In this document: positions 38,707-48,275 of the stretch, piece after piece
How the letters are laid out: each line of letters starts with the position of its first letter
Position numbering within the stretch: position 1 is the first letter of the stretch
Assembly (NCBI GenBank): GCA_037137535.1
Contig: JBAXKC010000018.1
Span: forward strand, 1 to 55,010
Source: a bacterium
GTDB lineage: Bacteria > Cyanobacteriota > Vampirovibrionia > Gastranaerophilales > JBAXKC01
Direction: 5' to 3'
Length of the DNA stretch: 55,010 nucleotides
Made by a program: the position numbers and the translations under genes
The notes under the pieces: generated by a model
Told to the model about the DNA's origin: nothing
The model's input: the letters and a program-made list of their open reading frames with translations, nothing else
The model's database searches: none

Positions 38707-40501
38707 TGTTTTCGATTTCTTTAACAGGCTCTACAATCATTTCCTGATAAAATTCCTCTCTGGGCAAGAGTGGTGACATATCTTCTAACGGACTGGATAC
38801 CATTCTTCCGTCAGGCTTTCTGACTGATGCTACTCTCGGAGTAAAAGCCTGTAAAGGATCAAGCATTACTTCTATAACAGCAGGGCCGTCAAGCTCTAAC
38901 GCTTGTTTGATTTTTTCTCGAAGATCATCATGGTTAAATATTTGCAGATTTTGTAATCCATACGCATTTGCAATTTTAATTGTATCAGGGCAAGAAAGTC
39001 CGCTGCTTGGGTCTGAGCCTACTAAAAACCCGTCAAAATAAGCATTTTGAGTATGTTTAATACTGAGATAGCCATTATTATTAAATACAAAAAGTTTTAA
39101 AGGAAGATGATAGTGAACCATTGTTTGGAGTTCCTGAATATTTAACTGCAAACCACCGTCACCATGAACACAGACAGTTTGCCCTATATCTTTTGCCAGA
39201 CTTGCCCCTATTGCAGCAGGCAGTCCATATCCCATGGGGGAAAATCCTCCATTAGTAAATGCTTTTTGTCCTTCTTTAAGTTTAAAAGCAGTTGTATAGG
39301 AGTAAAAAGTAGCACCTTGGTCGGTAATAACGCTGTCATCTTTGCTCATTAGCTCAGATAAAACCTCAAAGAAATAATATGAATTAACATAATCTTTTTG
39401 ATTTTTTAATTCAGCTGTTACGACAGGATATTTTTCTCTCCAATGATGACATTTATCAATCCATTTTGAGTAATCACCGTTAAAATTAACCTCTAATTCT
39501 GTATTTAAAGCTGGAATGAAATTTTTTAAATTTGCTTTTACAGGTAAGTCAACATTAATTGTCGGATATTTAAAATAAGCCTCATCAAGGTTTATTACAA
39601 CCTTTTTAGCTTCTCTTGCAAATAAATTTGACTCATATCCAACGGACGAAAAACAAAGTCTACTACCCATGCTTATAACCAAATCAGCGTTCTGAACGGC
39701 AAAATTACCTGCTCTTTGTCCATACGTTCCGAATCTTCCCGCAAGAAGAGGATGAGAGTCATGTATTAAATCAAAAGCAATTTTTGTAGTAACAACAGGA
39801 ATATTATATTTTTCGATAAATTTAATGAATTTATCTTTCATTCCCGAAAGTTTAATGCCATGTCCTGCAATAATAACAGGTCTTTTAGCTTGATTAAGCA
39901 ATTCTTTTATTTGTTTTAGTTCAGAAATTTCAGTATTATCAACTTCTTTTTCAGGATAAAAACCTTTAAGCTCTTCGACTTCAATATTTTTAGATTGTAT
40001 ATCAATAGGTATATCTAGCCATACAGGACCTGGTCTGCCATTTTTAGCAAGATATGCAGCTTTTTCAAGGTGATAACGTATAGTTTTTTCATCTTTAACG
40101 GTAACAGCATATTTTGTAACGGACTCTATCATTTTAACTATATCGACTTCATGTACTCCACGCTGCCTAAGTCCTGTGTCTTCAATTAAAAATTTTGAAT
40201 TAGCTTGCCCTGAAATTACCATAAGAGGAATTGAATCATTCCATGCACAAAGGACACCTGTTAAGGTGTTTGTAGCCGCAGGGCCTGTTGTGGTAAGTGT
40301 TACGCCAAGATTTTCCGTAATTCTCTGATATCCTTCAGCTGCCATAATTGTGGCTTGCTCATGGTGATTACAGATGTATTTTATATCTTCCCTTCTTCCG
40401 AGAGAATCAATTAAAAACATGCCTCCACCGCCTGAAACCATAAAAACATGCTTTACATTTTGTTTTGCAATAAAATCTATGACGTAATCAGATAATCTCA
40501 T
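38699..40501 (-). CDS. thiamine-diphosphate-dependent enzyme (acetolactate synthase-like, YerE-like carboligase)
   Basis: HHEQ, TTGPAATN, GRPGPVWLDIP, MGYGLPAAIGA, ThDP motif GDGG..NN. Confidence 0.88.
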   Translation of the reverse strand: MRLSDYVIDFIAKQNVKHVFMVSGGGGMFLIDSLGRREDIKYICNHHEQATIMAAEGYQRITENLGVTLTTTGPAATNTLTGVLCAWNDSIPLMVISGQANSKFLIEDTGLRQRGVHEVDIVKMIESVTKYAVTVKDEKTIRYHLEKAAYLAKNGRPGPVWLDIPIDIQSKNIEVEELKGFYPEKEVDNTEISELKQIKELLNQAKRPVIIAGHGIKLSGMKDKFIKFIEKYNIPVVTTKIAFDLIHDSHPLLAGRFGTYGQRAGNFAVQNADLVISMGSRLCFSSVGYESNLFAREAKKVVINLDEAYFKYPTINVDLPVKANLKNFIPALNTELEVNFNGDYSKWIDKCHHWREKYPVVTAELKNQKDYVNSYYFFEVLSELMSKDDSVITDQGATFYSYTTAFKLKEGQKAFTNGGFSPMGYGLPAAIGASLAKDIGQTVCVHGDGGLQLNIQELQTMVHYHLPLKLFVFNNNGYLSIKHTQNAYFDGFLVGSDPSSGLSCPDTIKIANAYGLQNLQIFNHDDLREKIKQALELDGPAVIEVMLDPLQAFTPRVASVRKPDGRMVSSPLEDMSPLLPREEFYQEMIVEPVKEIENNA

Positions 40502-40506
40502 TTTTA

Positions 40507-41250
40507 TTATGTCCTTTTTTTAATATCAGAAAATCCTTCATATAACACTAAGGAATCAACTTTATACACAAGAAACTGTATTCCGAGCTGTTTAAAATAA
40601 TCAAGATCATCCCAATTATGAAAAAGACATCCTGCAATTTTTCCTGCTCTTTTAATTTCACTTACCGCATGTTCAAGTATTTCTTTAACTTTTATATTAT
40701 GAACCTCTCCGGGTATACCTAAATATGAAGAAATATCGTATGTTCCCACATAAACAAGGTCAAGCTGCGGATCATCAGCAATATCATAAATATTCTTTAT
40801 TCCGCTTTCGCCCTCTACGATTATCCCTGTTAAAACTCTTTTATTTTCAGATTCGGTATAATCCTTTTGATTTCTATATCCACCTGCTCTTGTATAGGGA
40901 GAAAATCCTCTTATTCCTGATGGTGGATATTTAATGTAAGAAATAGCCTTTTCTCTTTCCTCAACGCTGTCTATGTGAGGTACAATAATTCCGTCTATTC
41001 CAAGGTCTAATGCTCTTAATATTTCTGACTCTTCATTTTTAGAAACACGAATAACCGCTCTGCTTCCTTCCGCTTCAGCTGCCATCACCATTTTTTGAGC
41101 AGTAACGAAGTCAATAGTTCCATGTTCCATATCAATAATTACAAAATCTAATCCTGCTTTTGAAATAACATTAATTACTTCAGGAGAAGGTAAAAGACAC
41201 CATGTTCCGAAAACATTCTGATTTTCATTTAATTTTTCTTTTAAGTACAT
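40507..41250 (-). CDS. HpcH/HpaI-type class II pyruvate aldolase
   Basis: GLDFVIIDMEHG, RALDLG, IIVPH, YPPSGIRG, IVE, VGTYD. Confidence 0.88.
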   Translation of the reverse strand: MYLKEKLNENQNVFGTWCLLPSPEVINVISKAGLDFVIIDMEHGTIDFVTAQKMVMAAEAEGSRAVIRVSKNEESEILRALDLGIDGIIVPHIDSVEEREKAISYIKYPPSGIRGFSPYTRAGGYRNQKDYTESENKRVLTGIIVEGESGIKNIYDIADDPQLDLVYVGTYDISSYLGIPGEVHNIKVKEILEHAVSEIKRAGKIAGCLFHNWDDLDYFKQLGIQFLVYKVDSLVLYEGFSDIKKRT

Positions 41251-42983
41251 GTATTTAACTCCTCAGCATGAAAAAAATTCCTATAATATTTTTTATGTGT
41301 AGTTGGAGTAATGATAGAAAGTGGAACTGATTGTTCATGAAGAAATTCGCTCACTCTTTTAAGTTGAACAACTTGTTTTTCATACATATATGTCCAACTT
41401 TGCTTATCTTCAGGAATGTCCTGTTCATTATAGAAATAATTTAATTCATTTGTTTTTTCATTTACATATCCGTCCATTCCGGCTACGAATATTTCAGATG
41501 CGCCCATTTGATAAGCCATTAGAATAGCAGAAATCGAAACACTCGGATGCAGACAATTCTGAGAATATTCTGTAATACTTGGAATAGAAGGATCATCTAC
41601 TATTTCTACATCAAAATAACTGTATTTATTTGAATAATTTTTTTCTATTAATTCCTTGCCAAAAAAGGATGGAACTAAAAGCGTACTTTTTTCATTTATT
41701 GTTGAAAAATATTTAAGAAATCGTTTTTTACTGATAAAAATTTGATAATCAGGCACAAAGAAATCTCTCATATAATTCATTCCGATAGTAATGCAGTTTT
41801 CTTTTTTAATAAAATTATCAATATTATCTTTATGAGTTAAAATTGAAGGTCCACTTGCTATTATTAAAAACGGTTTTCCTTTATGTTTATTTGCAACGTC
41901 AAGATTATTATTTTTAAACGCATCTTGAGAAGGTATTATTTGAAATTTTTCAGTTATATTCTGACAAATAATTTGAGGTTCGGGAGATGGATTAAAAAAC
42001 ATTTCATTTAAAATTTCATTCATTTTATTTGAACTGTATGAAATAGGGCAATTTTCTTTTATTAAATCAGAAGCTGTCCAAATTTCATCTATTGTATAAA
42101 TATTTTTCTTAAATAAATCATCAACATAATAAGGATGAATATTTTTAAGTCCACCGATTAAAGATTGTAATTTATATCCCCAGTTTAGTTGTTTGAAGAT
42201 CTCCAAATAAAATCTTTCAATAACATCAATGTAAGCAACTGTGTTATATCTTGCATTTCCATTTTTTTCCAGGTAACCGAGTATAATTTCTATAGGAAGA
42301 TTTCCTGAGCCTCTGCCCATTCCAAAAATTGAAGCATCAATGAATGAAGCCCCTTCTTCAATAGCTCTTAATGAGTTCGCAAAAGCCATCTGTAAGTTAT
42401 TATGGGAATGAAATCCTATTTTTTCATATCCGACATCTTTAAGTTTTTTAACTAGAGCAGGAATATCAGTAGGAATAAAAGAACCAAAGCTGTCAGCAAA
42501 GTTAATAGATTCTAAAATATTTTTATTTTGCCAATTTTTTAAAATTTCAAAATGATCTGCTTCAAGCTCAGAGTAGGCCATTATATTAAGGAAAACTTCA
42601 TAACCCTTTTCTTTAAGCTCTTCAACTGTTTTTATTGCTTTTTCTATCTCATAAGGATATGCAGCAACTCTTACCGCCATTATAGGAGTATTAGTTTCTT
42701 TACATTCCTTGAATTGACTACTGTTACATTTTCCCGCATCAATCATAACGGTTAATTTGCATTTTTTTGATGCTTTAAAAATAGAAGTAAGAAATTCATC
42801 GGTACAATATGCAAAATTGCCCAGTCCTGTTATTGTTTCAGGGTATCTGTATCCTATTTCAAAATATTGAACTCCACTATTAAGTGCGGCAAAATACGAT
42901 GTTTTTACGCATAAAGGATCAAAATTCCATTTATTTAAATGCCCGCCATCACGAATAGTGCAATCTATTATTTTGATATCCAT
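41241..42983 (-). CDS. DRE-TIM (HMGL-like, 4-hydroxy-2-oxovalerate aldolase-like) domain fused to a DUF115/Maf/CstII-like domain
   Basis: DCTIRDGG, ADSFG, GFHSHNN, GMGRGSGN; C-terminal IIASGPS..TIGMN..GASEIFVAGMDG. Confidence 0.8.
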   Translation of the reverse strand: MDIKIIDCTIRDGGHLNKWNFDPLCVKTSYFAALNSGVQYFEIGYRYPETITGLGNFAYCTDEFLTSIFKASKKCKLTVMIDAGKCNSSQFKECKETNTPIMAVRVAAYPYEIEKAIKTVEELKEKGYEVFLNIMAYSELEADHFEILKNWQNKNILESINFADSFGSFIPTDIPALVKKLKDVGYEKIGFHSHNNLQMAFANSLRAIEEGASFIDASIFGMGRGSGNLPIEIILGYLEKNGNARYNTVAYIDVIERFYLEIFKQLNWGYKLQSLIGGLKNIHPYYVDDLFKKNIYTIDEIWTASDLIKENCPISYSSNKMNEILNEMFFNPSPEPQIICQNITEKFQIIPSQDAFKNNNLDVANKHKGKPFLIIASGPSILTHKDNIDNFIKKENCITIGMNYMRDFFVPDYQIFISKKRFLKYFSTINEKSTLLVPSFFGKELIEKNYSNKYSYFDVEIVDDPSIPSITEYSQNCLHPSVSISAILMAYQMGASEIFVAGMDGYVNEKTNELNYFYNEQDIPEDKQSWTYMYEKQVVQLKRVSEFLHEQSVPLSIITPTTHKKYYRNFFHAEELNTCT

Positions 42984-43744
42984 AAACCCTCTTTAATATT
43001 TATATCTCCCAAACTAGTTGAAATATATGGTGAATATTCTAATAATTCATCATAATCTATCTGTCCTGTCGTTATTCCGATTCCTGCTTTTAGATCAGCA
43101 TTTTTAGCCATAATAAGATCCATCGGGGCATCGCCTATGCAAATAGTTTCATTATTATTTGCTTTTAACAGTTCCATTGCTTTTAAAGCCGGTATTCCTG
43201 TATGTTTAGGCTCAACCGTTGATTCTTTTCCTATTATTAAATCAAAATAATTATCAATTTTTAGATATTTTAATGTTTCTTCAGTATTTTTGACTGAATC
43301 TGAAGTAACAACAGCTATTTTAACAGATTTTGCTTTAATTGCTTTAAGTAAAGGTATCACATCAGGCAATAATTCAATATAATCAAAAATTTCATTAAGA
43401 AATTCATTATGTTCTCTGACAAAAATCTCATCAATATCATTATGTGATACTTGAATGTTTAGTTTTAATAAATAATCTGCAAGAATTTTAATAACCTGCT
43501 CTCTATTTACAAGTGCAATAGGTCCTTCTTTTATAAGTTTCCATTTATCTGTGCAAAGACCCATTGTTAAACAAATATCAGAAAATAGAGCTTTATCAAG
43601 GTGGAATTTGGAAATTAAAGCAAGAGCTCTTCTTTCAATAATTCTGCCCCAATATTTATGACTGTCAATTAACGTTCCGTCCTTGTCAAATAATACGGCA
43701 TTAATTGAATCTATGCTCCAATGATTTGTCGAAATATTTATCAT
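42968..43744 (-). CDS. HAD-superfamily phosphatase
   Basis: LFDKDGTL (DxD), VVTS, PK, IGDAPMD. Confidence 0.88.
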   Translation of the reverse strand: MINISTNHWSIDSINAVLFDKDGTLIDSHKYWGRIIERRALALISKFHLDKALFSDICLTMGLCTDKWKLIKEGPIALVNREQVIKILADYLLKLNIQVSHNDIDEIFVREHNEFLNEIFDYIELLPDVIPLLKAIKAKSVKIAVVTSDSVKNTEETLKYLKIDNYFDLIIGKESTVEPKHTGIPALKAMELLKANNNETICIGDAPMDLIMAKNADLKAGIGITTGQIDYDELLEYSPYISTSLGDINIKEGLWISK

Positions 43745-43747
43745 TAG

Positions 43748-44725
43748 CTACCCCAAATATTTTAAGGACTCATTCACCAGCCAGAGAGCTTTCTCTAATG
43801 CTTTTTCAAAAACAGCTTGATTTTCAAGAAAATCCTCTCTGTCTATCTGTTCTCTTACAATTTTACGGGCAAATGAACCTATTGCAACGCCATTTGCATT
43901 AATTTCGCATTGTTTTGCAAATTCAGTTGTTTTTGAATTTGTACCGCCTGAAAGAAGAATATAAACAGGTAATTCAGCATTTTGTACTATTTCAGCTGTT
44001 GCTACCGTCTGTAATGTGGTTTTATAAGTATCGTCAGAACCGCTCATAGGAGCGCCATCAGCTTGAACAATTGTTGTATATGGCTTTCTGTTACTTATTA
44101 ACCTTTTTACTCTATCAATCAGCTGAATATTGCCAAGCTTTGAACGGTCAATGCAAACGCTTAATAAACCATCAAAGGAATTATTAAGGATTTCCCATTT
44201 TTCTTCTACTTCTTGTTCATTTGTACCAAGTGCATGCAGTTCTATTGCGCTTAATCCTTTTTTAACAAGTGGAGGTATAACAATCTCAAGTGGCTTATTT
44301 TCCGAATAAGAGGTAATGGCTTTTGACGGACAAGTTTCAATACATTTTCCACATCCGATACAACGCACTTTATTGACTATAAATTTATCATTATTACTGA
44401 TAGCATTTTGAGGACAATCATCTAAACATATAGAGCATGAAACGCATTTGTCATTATCAATTAATGCCTTGCTGACATGAGGATCGCCTTTTATTCCAAC
44501 GCTCACGCAAAAGTGATAATTATGAATTTCATCAGGGGCGATAACCCTGTTTAATCCTCTGTATGCCGCATCAACAATTTCTTCTTTAGCGCAAAGATCA
44601 AAAAATTTAACTCCTGCTTTTGCATAAAGTGCAACTAATTTTTCAATTTCTATTGCATCTTCATTTCCTGCTCCACAGACGAGTTTAAAACACTTTTTAC
44701 TTGCTAAAAGCTCATTTAATTTCAT
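43748..44725 (-). CDS. ldpA: LdpA-family 2x[4Fe-4S] protein
   Basis: FKLVCGAG, DPH, CVSCSICLDDCP, CIGCGKCIETCP, AIELH, QADGAPMSG, LSGGTN, GVAIGSFARK match recalled cyanobacterial LdpA motifs; GAGGT RBS. Confidence 0.8.
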   Translation of the reverse strand: MKLNELLASKKCFKLVCGAGNEDAIEIEKLVALYAKAGVKFFDLCAKEEIVDAAYRGLNRVIAPDEIHNYHFCVSVGIKGDPHVSKALIDNDKCVSCSICLDDCPQNAISNNDKFIVNKVRCIGCGKCIETCPSKAITSYSENKPLEIVIPPLVKKGLSAIELHALGTNEQEVEEKWEILNNSFDGLLSVCIDRSKLGNIQLIDRVKRLISNRKPYTTIVQADGAPMSGSDDTYKTTLQTVATAEIVQNAELPVYILLSGGTNSKTTEFAKQCEINANGVAIGSFARKIVREQIDREDFLENQAVFEKALEKALWLVNESLKYLG

Positions 44726-44831
44726 TTATACCTCGTTATTATCAAAAGGTCGGCTTTATTCTTGATTATTCGGTGTACTCTTAATTTTATTTATAACCAA
44801 TAATAAGAATTATATCATATACTTACTGTCT

Positions 44832-46214
44832 TTAATCCTTATAGGTCGCATCTTTACTGCAAATAAAACTTTCTATTGTCTTTATAATTAAGTTCAGATG
44901 TTTTTCTTCTAATCCGGGCCAGACTCCTATCCAGAAAGTGCTATTCATAACAGTATCAGTATTTGGAAGTAATTTATAATGCTCTTCCGTTAACTCTTTT
45001 GTGTTCAATATTCCAGAGTTTTTAATTCTGATTTTTATATTATTTTCCACATAAGCAGGCTGTCTTAGCATATTTCCCGCAAAAAGTTGTCTTGTACCTA
45101 TATTGTTTGATTCTAGGAATTTAACCAGTTCAATTTTATCAAATTTTTTATTTTCTTTAACGGTAAGAGTAAAGCCAAACCAAGATGGCTCTGATTTTTC
45201 AGGATGAGAAGGCAAGAGAAGATATTTCTCAAATGGTTTTAAACCATCATATAATATTTTGAAATTGTCATTTCTAAGCTTTATAAAACCTTGCAGCTTT
45301 TTAAGTTGAGCTAAACCGCAAGCAGCCTGCCAATCAGTTATTTTTAGATTGTAGCCCAAATGAGAATAAGTATATTTATGGTCATAACCCATAGGTAAAT
45401 TACCTAATTGATAAGAAAATCGTTTTTTACATGTGTCGTCTTTACCAGGTGGACACCAACAATCACGTCCCCAATCTCTAAATGACATTATTATCTTATA
45501 TAAATTAGGGTCATTAGTGACTAAAGCGCCTCCCTCTCCCATTGTTATATGGTGAGCGGGATAAAAGCTGAATGTGCCGATATGTCCGTGAGTACCTGTA
45601 AATTTACCGTTATATTTTGCACCAAGTGCATCACAGCTGTCTTCAATCAGCCATAAATTATATTTTTCACATAATTCTTTTATTTTATCTAATTCAAAAA
45701 CATTGCCGAGAGTATGAGCTACAAAAACAGCTTTAGTCTTGTCTGTTATCGCTTCTTCAATTTGAGAAAAATCAATATTATAAGTAGAAAGCTCTACATC
45801 AACAAAGACAGGAATTAATCCGTTTTGAATAATTGGATTAATTGTTGTAGGAAAGCCTGCACCTACTGTTATTATTTCATCACCTGCTTTTAAAGCCTTT
45901 TCACCAAGTTTTTGTGAGGTTAACGCAGAAATAGCAAGTAAATTTGCAGATGAGCCTGAATTTGTCGTTAAAGCATATTTAGTTCCTAAAAATTTTGCAA
46001 ATTCTTTTTCAAATTTATCATTAAAACGTCCTGTCGTGAGCCACATATCAAGACTTGCGTCTATCATGTTTAAAAGCTCCTGTTCATCAAGGACTTTACC
46101 CGATGCAGGGATATATTTTAATTCTTTTTTGCATCCGTAAACTACGCTGTAATATAGTTTTGCTGTTAATTTAACTGTATTGCGAAGTAATTTTTCAACA
46201 ATTTCGGATTTCAT
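44832..46214 (-). CDS. rfbH: CDP-4-keto-6-deoxyglucose 3-dehydrase (E1/DdhC)
   Basis: NSGSSANL, SFYPAHHITMGEGG (His at the usual PLP-Lys position), RDWGRDCWCPPGKDDTC Fe-S ligands, YDHKYTYSHLGYNLK; ATGA overlap with the rfbG stop. Confidence 0.93.
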   Translation of the reverse strand: MKSEIVEKLLRNTVKLTAKLYYSVVYGCKKELKYIPASGKVLDEQELLNMIDASLDMWLTTGRFNDKFEKEFAKFLGTKYALTTNSGSSANLLAISALTSQKLGEKALKAGDEIITVGAGFPTTINPIIQNGLIPVFVDVELSTYNIDFSQIEEAITDKTKAVFVAHTLGNVFELDKIKELCEKYNLWLIEDSCDALGAKYNGKFTGTHGHIGTFSFYPAHHITMGEGGALVTNDPNLYKIIMSFRDWGRDCWCPPGKDDTCKKRFSYQLGNLPMGYDHKYTYSHLGYNLKITDWQAACGLAQLKKLQGFIKLRNDNFKILYDGLKPFEKYLLLPSHPEKSEPSWFGFTLTVKENKKFDKIELVKFLESNNIGTRQLFAGNMLRQPAYVENNIKIRIKNSGILNTKELTEEHYKLLPNTDTVMNSTFWIGVWPGLEEKHLNLIIKTIESFICSKDATYKD

Positions 46215-47332
46215 TTTAAATTTTCCCCACTCCACGATATATTTTGACTTTGAGCTGTTGAAACATAATTTTTTATTTGATTATAAGTATAATTTTCTAA
46301 ATCGTTATTTCCCGAATAAAATTCTTTATACCAGTCAACGGTTTCTTTAATAGCCTCATCAGCTTTATAAACAGGTTTCCAATCAAGATAAGTCATTGCT
46401 TTGCTTATGTCTAATTTTAATAAATTTGCTTCGTGTAATTCTTGAGCGCCTGTAATGTTTAAATTTCCGCCACCCCAATGTTTGATAGTTTTTTCGACTA
46501 CTTTTTCTACTGTCAGGACAGAATCGTCATAAGGACCAAAATTCCAGCCCGAAGAGTATTTTATAGGATTTTCTATAAGTTTTTCAGCCAATAGAAGATA
46601 ACCTGACAATGGCTCAAGGACGTGTTGCCATGGTCTTGTAGCTTTTGGACTTCTGATTTGTATAGTTTCATTGTTTGAAAGTGATCTTATGCAGTCGGGA
46701 ATAAGTCTGTCTTCTGCCCAATCACCGCCACCTATGACATTACCCGCTCTTCCCGAAGCTAAAGCCATATTATGAGTTTGCTCAAAGTCTTTAGGATTGA
46801 AAAAAGAGTTTCTGTAGGAAGAAGTTAAAAGCTCGGCGATACCTTTGCTTGAGCTGTAAGGGTCGTATCCGCCCATCGGGTCAATTTCTCTGTAACCGTA
46901 AATATATTCTTTATTTTCATAGCATTTATCGCTTGTTACGTTAACAACAGCTCGAACGCAGTCATTTGCTCTTACTGCTTCAAGAACATTTAAAGTTCCC
47001 ATTATATTTGTTTCATAGGTAGTTAAAGGATCTTTATAAGAAAGCCTTACCAATGGTTGAGCTGCTAAATGAAACACAATTTCAGGATTATATTGTTTAA
47101 TAACTTTTTTTAAATGCTCGGCATTTCTTACATCGCCAATTATATGAGTTAATTTTTTATTTAATTGAAGTTTATTAAACATTGACGGGGTTGTATTAGG
47201 TTCTAAGGAATATCCGATAACCTCAGCACCCATCATTTCAAGCCATAAAGAAAGCCAACTGCCTTTAAATCCTGTGTGGCCTGTGACTAAAACTTTTTTA
47301 TTTCTATAAAAATCAGAAAAAGTGTTTTTCAT
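46211..47332 (-). CDS. rfbG: CDP-glucose 4,6-dehydratase
   Basis: VTGHTGFKGSWL, HLAAQPLVR, TSDKCYEN, DPYSSSK, RAGNVIGGGDW, RPWQHVLEPL. Confidence 0.96.
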   Translation of the reverse strand: MKNTFSDFYRNKKVLVTGHTGFKGSWLSLWLEMMGAEVIGYSLEPNTTPSMFNKLQLNKKLTHIIGDVRNAEHLKKVIKQYNPEIVFHLAAQPLVRLSYKDPLTTYETNIMGTLNVLEAVRANDCVRAVVNVTSDKCYENKEYIYGYREIDPMGGYDPYSSSKGIAELLTSSYRNSFFNPKDFEQTHNMALASGRAGNVIGGGDWAEDRLIPDCIRSLSNNETIQIRSPKATRPWQHVLEPLSGYLLLAEKLIENPIKYSSGWNFGPYDDSVLTVEKVVEKTIKHWGGGNLNITGAQELHEANLLKLDISKAMTYLDWKPVYKADEAIKETVDWYKEFYSGNNDLENYTYNQIKNYVSTAQSQNISWSGENLK

Positions 47333-47334
47333 AA

Positions 47335-48108
47335 TTACTCCCATATTTTCCATGGAGCATTTCCGTCTTTCCATAATTTTTCCAGCTCAACTTTTTCTCT
47401 TAAAGTGTCCATTGGTTGCCAAAACCCATTATGTCTATAAGCATATAAATTATTTTCTTCCGCCAGTTTTTCGAGTGGTTCTTTTTCCCAAATTGTAGAA
47501 TCACCGTCTATATAATTAAATATTTCAGGTTCAAGCACAAAGAATCCGCCATTTACCCATGAACCGTCACCTGCAGGTTTTTCCATAAATGAAGATACGC
47601 TGTTGTCTTCTTGAATATTTAACGAGCCAAATCTTCCTTTTGGAATTACAGAAGTTAAAGTGGCAAGTTTTTTGCTTTCTTTGTGGGCTTTTATTGTTTC
47701 GGTAATATTAACATTGCTAAGCCCATCACCATAAGTTAAAAGGAAAGTTTCATTTCCTATATAATCTTGTACTCTTTTTAGTCTTCCGCCTGTCATGGTA
47801 TTAACTCCCGTATCAACAAGAGTTACTTTCCAAGGTTCAGCAACATTTTTGTGAATTTCTACAGAATTATTAATTAAATTTACTGTTATGTCTGATTGGT
47901 GCATATAATAATTTGTGAAGTATTCTTTTATAACATATCCTTTGTATCCAAGTAGGATGATAAAATCATTTAAACCATAATGAGAGTAAAGTTTCATTAT
48001 ATGCCATAATATAGGTTTTCCACCTATTTCAATCATAGGTTTAGGCTTTATATCAGTTTCTTCGCTTAATCTTGTCCCAAATCCACCAGCTAATAATACT
48101 GTTTTCAT
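47335..48108 (-). CDS. rfbF: glucose-1-phosphate cytidylyltransferase
   Basis: LAGGFGTRLSEET..PKPM, TMTGGRLKR, TYGDG, NGGFFV, FWQPMDTLR, APWKIW. Confidence 0.96.
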   Translation of the reverse strand: MKTVLLAGGFGTRLSEETDIKPKPMIEIGGKPILWHIMKLYSHYGLNDFIILLGYKGYVIKEYFTNYYMHQSDITVNLINNSVEIHKNVAEPWKVTLVDTGVNTMTGGRLKRVQDYIGNETFLLTYGDGLSNVNITETIKAHKESKKLATLTSVIPKGRFGSLNIQEDNSVSSFMEKPAGDGSWVNGGFFVLEPEIFNYIDGDSTIWEKEPLEKLAEENNLYAYRHNGFWQPMDTLREKVELEKLWKDGNAPWKIWE

Positions 48109-48275
48109 CTTTATTATCTCAATTCACTAAAACCAGACATTGTTTTAATAATAACTTAAAACTAATTAAATTGTACAACATATTGCAGATTATTCGCATT
48201 TGGATTATATGCTTTTTATACCGCTCTTTTAATGCTAGTATCAATGGGTATGTATAATTTATAAAGTCCTTAAAG

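Noticed and set aside
38699-40501. Housekeeping acetolactate synthase ilvB
   Set aside because: No ilvN/ilvC/ilvD nearby and it is coupled to nucleotide-sugar genes, so a YerE-like role fits better.
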